From a virus, in the IMG/VR virus record IMGVR_UViG_3300043446_002688: DNA of 64,000 bases. One strand, written 5' to 3'. A program made the position numbers and the translations under genes. The notes under the pieces were generated by a model. That model saw nothing but the letters and a program-made list of their open reading frames with translations, did no database searches and was not told the DNA's origin. How positions within the stretch are numbered: position 1 is the stretch's first letter; every line of letters starts with the position of its first letter. Of this stretch, positions 1 to 7,666 are shown piece after piece.

Positions 1-192
1 TATCATGTTGAAGTTCATTTGGACTTAAATAAAGATGATATGCACGGCAGTTCATGTGTGGTACAGCAAGCGATTGGTTATATCAAAGGTACATGTAACA
101 TGACACCTATGGTTAAACCAGATGCGCCTGCTGCAAGTTTCTGTGCTGACAGATTGAAAAGAATCTTGGCAGAACAGGAAGCATTACAATAA
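1..192 (+). CDS. 3' end of RNase H-like (YkuK/DUF458-type) protein, truncated by window start
   Basis: Frame 1 open to TAA at 190-192; HVEVHLDLN...GSSCVVQQAIGYIKG...AASFCADR resembles the YkuK-type C-terminus. Confidence 0.6.
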   Translation, partial: YHVEVHLDLNKDDMHGSSCVVQQAIGYIKGTCNMTPMVKPDAPAASFCADRLKRILAEQEALQ

Positions 193-195
193 TAT

Positions 196-270
196 GGAGA
201 TATTAGTTTAGTGGTAAAACCACGGGTTGTGATTCCGTTATCAAGAGTTCGATTCTCTTATATCTCCCCA
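196..270 (+). tRNA. tRNA-His(GUG)
   Basis: Cloverleaf, encoded G-1, C73, GTG anticodon, TTCGATT loop, encoded CCA. Confidence 0.95.
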
Positions 271-275
271 AATAT

Positions 276-350
276 GCATCGTTAGCTCAGCGGTAGAGCT
301 GCGCCCTTACAAGGCGAAGGTCGGGAGTTCAATCCTCTCACGATGCACCA
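276..350 (+). tRNA. tRNA-Val(UAC)
   Basis: GCATCGT/ACGATGC acceptor stem, TAC anticodon, CCA. Confidence 0.95.
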
Positions 351-354
351 ATAT

Positions 355-430
355 GCAACTTTAGCTGATGTGGTCATAGCGGTGGTCTGAAGAACCATTG
401 AAAGAGGTTCGATTCCTCTAGGTTGCACCA
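355..430 (+). tRNA. tRNA-Phe(GAA)
   Basis: GCAACTT/AGGTTGC stem, CT-GAA-GA loop, CCA. Confidence 0.93.
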
Positions 431-433
431 AAT

Positions 434-510
434 GCCCAAGTGACGAAATAGGTAAACGTGCATGTCTCAAACACATGTTTTTGTGGGCTCGAATCCCACC
501 TTGGGTACCA
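434..510 (+). tRNA. tRNA-Leu(CAA), short variable loop
   Basis: GCCCAAG/CTTGGGT stem, CAA anticodon, 5-nt variable region, CTCGAAT T-loop, CCA. Confidence 0.88.
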
Positions 511-511
511 T

Positions 512-585
512 GCTCCTATAGTTTAATGGCAAAACAAATCCATGGTAAGGATTAAATGAAAGTTCGATTCTTTCTTGGAGCACCA
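512..585 (+). tRNA. tRNA-Thr(GGU)
   Basis: GCTCCTA/TTGGAGC stem, AT-GGT-AA loop, CCA. Confidence 0.88.
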
Positions 586-754
586 AGTTGTTTTATTTCA
601 GTTCGTTCAAATGGAACATTTTCTTTTTTAGGAAAAGATGGCGCAAAAGTTTTCTCACATACATATGATTTTCTATCAATGTATGGTTGAGTTGCGGCAT
701 ATCGCCAAAGATTAGGTTCTGCTGATTTGAATTCTGACATAAGATTATTTATTT

Positions 755-831
755 GCCCCGATGACGGAATTGGTATACGTGTTGGTCTTAGAAACCAAAT
801 TTTGCGAGTTCGACTCTCGCTTGGGGCACCA
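755..831 (+). tRNA. tRNA-Leu(UAG), short variable loop
   Basis: GCCCCGA/TTGGGGC stem, TAG anticodon, 5-nt variable region, CCA. Confidence 0.9.
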
Positions 832-836
832 AACAA

Positions 837-911
837 CTGGCGTTAGTATAATGGATAATACAGAAGGCTTCTACCCTTTTAATGTGGGTTCGATTCCTGC
901 ACGCCGGACCA
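837..911 (+). tRNA. tRNA-Arg(UCU)
   Basis: CTGGCGT/ACGCCGG stem, TCT anticodon, CCA. Confidence 0.9.
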
Positions 912-915
912 GTTT

Positions 916-1005
916 GCGACTGTGGTGAAATAGGTAGACGCATCGGACTTAAAATCCGAAGATTCCGAAAGGGTCGTGCCGGTTCGATTCCGGCCAGTCG
1001 CACCA
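916..1005 (+). tRNA. tRNA-Leu(UAA), long variable arm
   Basis: GCGACTG/CAGTCGC stem, TAA anticodon, class II variable arm, CCA. Confidence 0.95.
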
Positions 1006-1013
1006 AATAATGC

Positions 1014-1042
1014 TTGACAAATGATTGTGGAGCATATATAAT
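1014..1042 (+). promoter_or_regulatory. sigma70-type promoter inside tRNA array
   Basis: TTGACA-17nt-TATAAT, perfect consensus. Confidence 0.9.
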
Positions 1043-1051
1043 AACTCTTTT

Positions 1052-1125
1052 GCGGGTATGATGTAAAGGTAACCTGAAACCTTGCCAAGGTTTATTTGCG
1101 AGTTCGATTCTCGCTACCCGCTCCA
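1052..1125 (+). tRNA. tRNA-Gly(GCC)
   Basis: GCGGGTA/TACCCGC stem, GCC anticodon, U73, CCA. Confidence 0.93.
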
Positions 1126-1130
1126 AATTT

Positions 1131-1204
1131 GCCCTGTTAGTTAAGTGGTATAACATCTGTTTTGTAATCAGAGGTTGGCAGTTCGATTCTGTCACGGGGC
1201 ACCA
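1131..1204 (+). tRNA. tRNA-Thr(UGU)
   Basis: GCCCTGT/ACGGGGC stem, TGT anticodon, CCA. Confidence 0.93.
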
Positions 1205-1228
1205 AACGGTATATTTTAAAAAAAACTA

Positions 1229-1257
1229 TTGACTCTACAAATTTTTTGATATATAAT
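1229..1257 (+). promoter_or_regulatory. sigma70-type promoter
   Basis: TTGACT-17nt-TATAAT. Confidence 0.85.
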
Positions 1258-1265
1258 ACATACAT

Positions 1266-1339
1266 GCGGAATTAGTTTAGTGGCAAAACGCTATCCTTCC
1301 AAGTTAGAGTTATCAGTTCGATTCTGATATTCCGCTCCA
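1266..1339 (+). tRNA. tRNA-Gly(UCC)
   Basis: GCGGAAT/ATTCCGC stem, TCC anticodon, U73, CCA. Confidence 0.93.
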
Positions 1340-1347
1340 AGTTTTAT

Positions 1348-1412
1348 GCGGGAGTTTTTAACAATGTTGGGGTCCACCCAATATACAAGTGAGAATCTTG
1401 TTTCCCGCTCCA
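1348..1412 (+). ncRNA. D-arm-less tRNA-Gly-like RNA (65 nt)
   Basis: GCGGGAG/TTCCCGC acceptor, U73+CCA, ATGTTGG/CCAATAT stem with GGTCCAC loop (TCC central), ACAAG-TGAGAAT-CTTGT T-arm, 9-nt linker replacing the D-arm. Confidence 0.75.
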
Positions 1413-1417
1413 TTTGT

Positions 1418-1494
1418 AGCAGTGTAGAGAAGAAGCCATCTCACCAGGTTCATACCCTCGGAGGTCGTTGGTGCGAGTCCAACCACTGCAACCA
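1418..1494 (+). tRNA. tRNA-Met(CAU), initiator-like
   Basis: AGCAGTG/CACTGCA with 1:72 mismatch, CAT anticodon, TGCGAGT T-loop, CCA. Confidence 0.8.
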
Positions 1495-1511
1495 TTTTTA
1501 TTAAGGACATT

Positions 1512-1751
1512 ATGCGACCATTACATGACAAGATTATTGTGGAACGAATTGCAGCAGAAACAACAACTGCTTCTGGAATTGTCCTAAAAAGTTCTGAAGA
1601 ACCAGACCGTGCAAAAGTTATTGCAATTGGTCCTGATGTTGATGAAGTTTCTGTTGGTGATATTGTTTTACTAAATTGGAATGGCGCAATCAAGTCAGGT
1701 GAACATTATGTCCTTAGAATTGAACATGTTGTTTTAATTTACGGAGAGTAA
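1512..1751 (+). CDS. groES: Co-chaperonin GroES
   Basis: MRPLHDKIIVER...TTASGIVL...VIAIGP...VSVGDIV cpn10 signature. Confidence 0.92.
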   Translation: MRPLHDKIIVERIAAETTTASGIVLKSSEEPDRAKVIAIGPDVDEVSVGDIVLLNWNGAIKSGEHYVLRIEHVVLIYGE

Positions 1752-1752
1752 T

Positions 1753-1950
1753 ATGTCGGATGGTGGTAAAGGTTCTAGTCCAAGGCCATTTAGTGTAGAC
1801 CAAAAAACTTTTGGTGATAACTATGATGCCATATTTCGTAAGAAAACACCACAAGAAAAAGATGATGCTCGTGCTGAAGATGATGAGTTTGAAAGAATCA
1901 AAAGAGAATTTGACGAGAAGGTTATTATGAAACCTGATTTCTCAGAATAA
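1753..1950 (+). CDS. Conserved phage hypothetical protein
   Basis: GGAG RBS; MSDGGKGSSPRP N-terminus. Confidence 0.75.
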   Translation: MSDGGKGSSPRPFSVDQKTFGDNYDAIFRKKTPQEKDDARAEDDEFERIKREFDEKVIMKPDFSE

Positions 1951-2595
1951 TTATATCTTCAATAACTTTTCTAGTTCAGGTATTCTAGTGTGAGTGTTTT
2001 TACTTCCTAGAATCACCACAATTTTCTGGTCGGTCATTGCAACAATACAACCACCAGCAGCATTTATAAATCCAGTTTTACTTACTTTGAAGTGGTGTTT
2101 ACCAACCAACGGGTTGGTGTTTCTATTTTTTGTGTTGGATGCTTTCACAATTTCAGGATATTTACTGGCAGCCTCCACAATCTTAACTAACTCTTCCGCA
2201 TTACTGATATTAAACACAGATAATCCGGTTGGGTCCACAAACTTGGTCTGGGTCAAACCTAGTTCCCTTGCCTTCAAATTCATCATAAAAATACAATCAC
2301 TCCGACCGCCTGGGTAGTCATTACACAAACGATTCGCTGCATGGTTGTCAGATGATACCAGAGTTCGTTGGATGAGTTCCTGGTACTTTTTGGATGTAAC
2401 ACTTTTGTATGCATCCACATAGACCATAACGGTCACCAGTTTTGTAATACTTGCGATTGACCGAACTTCCGTAGTATTTTCTCCACGCAAGGTTTGTCCC
2501 TGTGAGGACACAATCCAACTTTTGGCAGTAATTTCATTACCAGCAAAACAATTCAACGATGATAATAAAGCAATTAATGTAATAAATTTCTTCAT
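1951..2595 (-). CDS. Serine D-Ala-D-Ala peptidase, S11 family (PBP7/PbpG-like), secreted
   Basis: Signal peptide; SITK (SxxK), SDN (SxN) and KTG motifs; DPTGL. Confidence 0.88.
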   Translation of the reverse strand: MKKFITLIALLSSLNCFAGNEITAKSWIVSSQGQTLRGENTTEVRSIASITKLVTVMVYVDAYKSVTSKKYQELIQRTLVSSDNHAANRLCNDYPGGRSDCIFMMNLKARELGLTQTKFVDPTGLSVFNISNAEELVKIVEAASKYPEIVKASNTKNRNTNPLVGKHHFKVSKTGFINAAGGCIVAMTDQKIVVILGSKNTHTRIPELEKLLKI

Positions 2596-2735
2596 GTATT
2601 TTTATCCCACCACGCAACACAATATGCAATCAACAAATAAACCAAAACTGTGATGCCTGCGGATAATAAGTTAATTAAAAGTGTTGCGAAAAGTATACCT
2701 TGTTTTAATAACCAACCTGTTATGTCTTTTAACAT
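2592..2735 (-). CDS. Small membrane protein (47 aa; not in ORF track)
   Basis: MLKDITGWLLKQGILFATLLINLLSAGITVLVYLLIAYCVAWWDKNT; TAATG and ATGA overlaps couple it to both neighbours. Confidence 0.7.
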   Translation of the reverse strand: MLKDITGWLLKQGILFATLLINLLSAGITVLVYLLIAYCVAWWDKNT

Positions 2736-3502
2736 TATCTTCCTATGTATCGTTTAGGTAAAGCTTCTATTCTACGCTGTTCTTCTGTTTTTGGTATCCA
2801 TCCATCACCCAAATGCGGATATTTTTGTATACGGTCTTCAATCAACATTGCAAAAGAAAAACTAATCGTAGCTACCATAACAATAACACTTATACCCCAC
2901 GCAATTTCTATTCTTAATCTTTGTAATCTTTTTTTTCTTCTTTCAGCATCAACCTGTTCCTGTTTCATTTTCTTAGCGATTGCTACTGTTTGTTCCTTGG
3001 TGATTTTTTCCATCATTTCAGAAACATCAGTATACAATGCACCAAGTTCAGGTGGCGATTGATACACTAACAATTCACGAAGTTCAACACCCATGTGTTC
3101 CAACTTCTTACGCATAACAACACGTTGTAACGCACGCTTGCCAACTGATGCTTCACCAGCATAAACTTCTTGCGCTCTTGCTTCTTCTTGTTCAAATATA
3201 GCAATACACTTAGCATAATTTTCAAAATAAACAGAAAGTTGTTCAGCAATCTGGTCGTAGGCATCCCCAGGATCCGATTGATTCAATTTCTTGATTCGTT
3301 CCTTTTCTTCAATAAACTGTTTCTTTTGTTCAACAGTTGCAGGTTTATCCGGCGGATGGAGTTTTTTGAACTGTTCATCAAGGTCTTTGAGAACGTCTTT
3401 GACCTCACCGGCCGCACCTTTAATGTCTTTGTATAACTTGCAACCGGCTTTTACAGCGGAAACCGCACCGTTTGCAAGCGCAAATAATGTTAGTGGATCC
3501 AT
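2735..3502 (-). CDS. Coiled-coil protein with C-terminal TM helix
   Basis: 255 aa ORF; charged helical body and hydrophobic IAWGISVIVMVATISFSFAML. Confidence 0.85.
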   Translation of the reverse strand: MDPLTLFALANGAVSAVKAGCKLYKDIKGAAGEVKDVLKDLDEQFKKLHPPDKPATVEQKKQFIEEKERIKKLNQSDPGDAYDQIAEQLSVYFENYAKCIAIFEQEEARAQEVYAGEASVGKRALQRVVMRKKLEHMGVELRELLVYQSPPELGALYTDVSEMMEKITKEQTVAIAKKMKQEQVDAERRKKRLQRLRIEIAWGISVIVMVATISFSFAMLIEDRIQKYPHLGDGWIPKTEEQRRIEALPKRYIGR

Positions 3503-3551
3503 TTATTCAGGGAAAATGATGTTGTCAGATGGTAAACAACGCACGGACATC

Positions 3552-3580
3552 TTGCATGTCCAGACAAAATCATATATAAT
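3552..3580 (+). promoter_or_regulatory. sigma70-type promoter for the replication operon, overlapped by a palindrome
   Basis: TTGCAT-17-TATAAT; GGACAT-CTTGC-ATGTCC at 3545-3561. Confidence 0.7.
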
Positions 3581-3586
3581 TACATG

Positions 3587-3594
3587 TATTTATG
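3587..3594 (-). promoter_or_regulatory. T4-type late promoter (CATAAATA) for the minus-strand operon
   Basis: NATAAATA 85 nt upstream of the 3502 start. Confidence 0.55.
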
Positions 3595-3614
3595 AATTTT
3601 TGACAAGGATCAAT

Positions 3615-3920
3615 ATGAAAGTCATGGCACTTAAACTCGTTACCGGCGAAGAAATCATCGGTCAACACACCACCACTCCAGAAGGTCGTATTCAGATGAC
3701 CGGAGCAGTCACACTAAGAATGTTTCCCTCACAAATTGCCGGCGGCCAACCGTCCATGGGGTTTCAACCTTTCCCGTCATTGGCAAGCATGGATAAGGTA
3801 TCGACAGTATTTTTGGAACCTTTACATGTGGTTTATGCGTATGAACCAGATGAACCATTGGTTGAAGAATACAAACGCATGTTTTCTGGTGAAGGTTCTC
3901 AACAAATCATCACAGGTTAA
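3615..3920 (+). CDS. Sm/Lsm-like domain protein
   Basis: AAGGA RBS; LKLVTGEEIIG beta-rich Sm1-like start. Confidence 0.6.
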   Translation: MKVMALKLVTGEEIIGQHTTTPEGRIQMTGAVTLRMFPSQIAGGQPSMGFQPFPSLASMDKVSTVFLEPLHVVYAYEPDEPLVEEYKRMFSGEGSQQIITG

Positions 3921-3923
3921 TTA

Positions 3924-6458
3924 ATGGATTTTTATACTAATGTCCAAAACTTTGGCAATGGTATTCTTTACCGTGGTTTTATGGATGGTAAACGTGTCAA
4001 ACAACGAATTGACTATTCACCATCTTTATACTTACCAACAAAGAAACCTAGTCAATACAAAACTTTGGATGGCACACCGTTAGAACGCAAAAAGTTTGAC
4101 GATATCAACGAAGCAAAAGACTTCTTCAAAAAGTATGATGGTATTCCTGGTATGCCTAAGATTTACGGCAACACCAGATATGCGTATGCATTTATTGCAG
4201 ACCAACATCCAGATATGATTGAATGGGAGATGGAAAAAATCTCTATCGGCATTGTCGATATTGAGGTTGGTTCAGAAAATGGTTTCCCTGATCCATATCA
4301 AGCCAACGAACCAATTACAGCCATTGCAATTACCTATCTGAACGGTGCAACATATGTGTTTGGTTGTGGTGATTATGTTACTCAAGGTGATGAGATTTAT
4401 GTCAAGTGTAAAGATGAATATTCACTTTGCAAACAATTCTTGGAACTATGGATTCAAAAATGTCCCGATGTTATCACCGGCTGGAACACCAAGTTCTTTG
4501 ATATTCCCTATCTTGTAAATCGTTTTCGTAAAATTCTTGGTGAAGATTTGGTCAAGAAGTTGTCGCCATGGAATTATATTTCTGAACGCAAGACTGTAAT
4601 TAATGGTCGACAAATGATTGCGTATGGATTTGTTGGTGTCGAATCACTTGATTATATTGAACTCTACAAATGGTATGCGCCAGGTGGTAAGTCACAAGAA
4701 TCTTATCGTTTGGATAACATTGCACAAGTAGAACTTGGTGAAGGTAAGATTTCATACGATGAGTATGATAACCTACACCAACTGTATCGTTTGAACTATC
4801 AGAAATTTATTGAATACAACATCAAAGACGTTAAGTTGATTTTGAAGTTGGAAGATAAGTTGAAGTTGTTAGAACTGGCACTCACTTTGGCCTATGACAC
4901 CAAGTGTAACTATGAAGATGTGTTTGCACAGACCCGTATGTGGGATTCGATGACTTATTCCTATTTGTTCAACAAAGGCATTATTGTACCACCCCGTGAA
5001 GTGCAGGATAAAGATTCGGCATTTGAAGGTGCATATGTGAAAGAACCACAAGTTGGTGCTCACAAATGGGTTGCATCGTTTGACTTGAACAGTTTGTATC
5101 CTCACTTGATGATGCAATACAACATCAGTCCAGAAACATTGATTGAACCAGAAAATTACACACAAGAAATGCGTGATATTCTTTCACAGGGTGTAAGTGT
5201 TGATAAATTGTTGTCTAAGACCGTTGATTTATCAAATCTGGATGGTGTGACCATTACACCAAATGGTCAATTCTTCCGTACAGACATGCAAGGTTTCTTG
5301 CCTAAGATGATGGAAGAAATGTACGAAGACCGTAAGAAGTTTAAGAAGTTAATGCTTCAGGCAAAACAGGAGTATGAAAATGAAAAAGACGCAAGCAAAA
5401 AATACGACATTGAAAAACGAATCGCAAGATACGACAACCTACAACTCGCAAAGAAGGTATCACTTAATTCCGCCTACGGTGCTTTGGGAAGCCAGTATTT
5501 TAGGTTTTATGACCTACGCATGGCTCTGGGAGTCACTACAGCAGGCCAGCTCTCGATTCGTTGGATTGAAGGCAAAATAAATGAATACATGAACAAATTG
5601 GTTGGTACAAAAGGAGTTGATTATGTTATTGCGTCCGATACTGACTCAATCTATCTTAAGCTTGGTCCTCTTATGGACAAGTTTGTTCAAAACCAATCTG
5701 ATACTCCTCGGATCATCACCATCATGGATAAAATCTGCGAGGATAAACTTCAACCTTTTATTGATAAAGCTTACACTGAACTTGCTCAATACGTTAACGC
5801 TTATGCTCAAAAGATGCAAATGAAACGTGAAGGTTTGTCTGACAAAGGTGTATGGACTGCCAAGAAGCGTTATATTCTAAATGTGTATAACAACGAAGGT
5901 GTGCAATATGCCGAACCTAAGATTAAAGTCATGGGTTTGGAAATGATTAAGTCATCAACACCATCGGCCATCCGTGAAAAGATGTGGAAATCTGTTAAGT
6001 TGATGATGACTGGTACCGAATCTGATGTGCAAGACTTTATTGCCGAATTTAGAAAAGAATTTAAAACATTACCACCAGAAGAAATATCTTTTCCTCGTGG
6101 ACTGAATGGCTTAAATAATTATTCCGATTCGGTAACATTGTACAAAAAAGGCACACCAATCCATGTGCGTGGTGCCATCATGTATAACCACCATCTAAAA
6201 CTGATGGGTTTGGAAAAGAAATACCCAAAAATACAAGAAGGTGAAAAGATTAAATTCACCTATTTGAAACTACCAAATCATTTCAAAGAAGATGTGGTAT
6301 CTTTCCCGTCCAGAATTCCTAAAGAATTTGGGCTTGACGAGGTTATTGATTATGATGTACAATTCGATAAAGCGTTTCTGGAACCAATTAAGGTTATTCT
6401 AAACTGTATGGGTTGGAAAACAGAAAAAACTAATTCTTTGGAAGACTTTTTCGGATGA
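3924..6458 (+). CDS. 43: DNA polymerase, family B (gp43)
   Basis: DIE exonuclease motif, FDLNSLYP, KxxxNSxYG, YxDTDS-like ASDTDS, KKRY. Confidence 0.98.
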   Translation: MDFYTNVQNFGNGILYRGFMDGKRVKQRIDYSPSLYLPTKKPSQYKTLDGTPLERKKFDDINEAKDFFKKYDGIPGMPKIYGNTRYAYAFIADQHPDMIEWEMEKISIGIVDIEVGSENGFPDPYQANEPITAIAITYLNGATYVFGCGDYVTQGDEIYVKCKDEYSLCKQFLELWIQKCPDVITGWNTKFFDIPYLVNRFRKILGEDLVKKLSPWNYISERKTVINGRQMIAYGFVGVESLDYIELYKWYAPGGKSQESYRLDNIAQVELGEGKISYDEYDNLHQLYRLNYQKFIEYNIKDVKLILKLEDKLKLLELALTLAYDTKCNYEDVFAQTRMWDSMTYSYLFNKGIIVPPREVQDKDSAFEGAYVKEPQVGAHKWVASFDLNSLYPHLMMQYNISPETLIEPENYTQEMRDILSQGVSVDKLLSKTVDLSNLDGVTITPNGQFFRTDMQGFLPKMMEEMYEDRKKFKKLMLQAKQEYENEKDASKKYDIEKRIARYDNLQLAKKVSLNSAYGALGSQYFRFYDLRMALGVTTAGQLSIRWIEGKINEYMNKLVGTKGVDYVIASDTDSIYLKLGPLMDKFVQNQSDTPRIITIMDKICEDKLQPFIDKAYTELAQYVNAYAQKMQMKREGLSDKGVWTAKKRYILNVYNNEGVQYAEPKIKVMGLEMIKSSTPSAIREKMWKSVKLMMTGTESDVQDFIAEFRKEFKTLPPEEISFPRGLNGLNNYSDSVTLYKKGTPIHVRGAIMYNHHLKLMGLEKKYPKIQEGEKIKFTYLKLPNHFKEDVVSFPSRIPKEFGLDEVIDYDVQFDKAFLEPIKVILNCMGWKTEKTNSLEDFFG

Positions 6459-7666
6459 CACTATTAACATTTCTGACAGCACTGGCTTTATCTGGTGTTG
6501 CAGCTTACTATTCAGTTATTGGACTGGCAGCAATCTTTCCAGGTTCATTCTGGCCAATTATCATTATGGGTTCGGTACTTGAAGGTGCCAAACTTGTAAC
6601 GGTATCTTGGTTGTATAGAAACTGGAAAGAAACACATATCGGTATGAGAGTATACCTAACGGCAGCATCAGTCATTCTGATGTTGATTACCAGTATGGGT
6701 ATCTTTGGTTATTTGTCCAAGGCACACTTGGAACATTCTTCTGACACAGCACCATTGGCAGCCAAGGTGCAATTACTTGACGAAAAGATTAGAGTTGCAA
6801 AAGGAAATTTAGATGATAACCGCAAGATTATTAAACAGATGGATGATATGGTCGACCAAACTATGGGCCGCAGCAGCGATGAAAAAGGTGTCGCTAACTC
6901 CGTGGTCATACGAAGGTCGCAACAAAAGGAACGCAGTCGAATACAGGCTGAGAACGAAGCCTACCAGAAAACAATTTCTCAACTCACTGAAGAAAAGTTC
7001 CCGTTACAAAATGAGTTACAGAAAGTGGAAAGCGATTTCGGCCCAATTAAATACGTGGCCGAATTAATCTACGGTTCTGGTGAAGCAGACATTATTGATA
7101 AGGCTGTTCGCCTTGTCATTATGTTGATTATGGTTGTATTTGATCCGTTGGCAGTATTGTTATTGATTGCAGCCAATATGTCAATGGCAGAGAAAAAACC
7201 CGTACGAAACAAAGTATGGGACGATTTTATGAAAGGTCAACCAACAGAACTAGTTAGAGAACCTGAACATGTTGGTATTATTGCACAAGAGGTTGCAAAT
7301 GTAGTACCAGAGATTGTCGTAACAGACGAAGAAACTGGTAATGTTAGCATCAGCCATGCGGAAATGTTTGATTTGATTATGCAGGCTAACAAAGAGTTGC
7401 AAGAAAAAATCAGCCGTAAGTATTTACATGAACCCTTCATACACTTTAAAAACCTAAAACCAATGCCTCACATACCTGAAAGTGTAGAAGAGGTAACATT
7501 AACCGAAGAAGAAACAAAACACAATACCATTGAAATTGAAAAAGAAAATGTAATTGTGCTTGATGAAATAACTGGCGAAACTATGCCAGCAATAACAAGT
7601 AAGAGACTTGAACCTAAGTATGACTATGATGAACCATATTCGTTTCGTGAAAAGGAAAATAAATGA
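6455..7666 (+). CDS. Multi-TM, coiled-coil membrane protein
   Basis: Three N-terminal hydrophobic helices, coiled coil, further TM, acidic tail; ATGA overlap with gp43. Confidence 0.85.
   Translation: MTLLTFLTALALSGVAAYYSVIGLAAIFPGSFWPIIIMGSVLEGAKLVTVSWLYRNWKETHIGMRVYLTAASVILMLITSMGIFGYLSKAHLEHSSDTAPLAAKVQLLDEKIRVAKGNLDDNRKIIKQMDDMVDQTMGRSSDEKGVANSVVIRRSQQKERSRIQAENEAYQKTISQLTEEKFPLQNELQKVESDFGPIKYVAELIYGSGEADIIDKAVRLVIMLIMVVFDPLAVLLLIAANMSMAEKKPVRNKVWDDFMKGQPTELVREPEHVGIIAQEVANVVPEIVVTDEETGNVSISHAEMFDLIMQANKELQEKISRKYLHEPFIHFKNLKPMPHIPESVEEVTLTEEETKHNTIEIEKENVIVLDEITGETMPAITSKRLEPKYDYDEPYSFREKENK

Noticed and set aside
1348-1412. Fragment of tmRNA or Y-RNA
   Set aside because: Both acceptor strands lie within 65 nt, there is no tag ORF or G3-U70, and no Ro60 gene is in the window
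282-1693. Minus-strand ORFs across the tRNA array (282-476, 788-1195, 1358-1693) and + ORF 879-1088
   Set aside because: They are shadows of tRNA and groES sequence, with no RBS or protein-like composition
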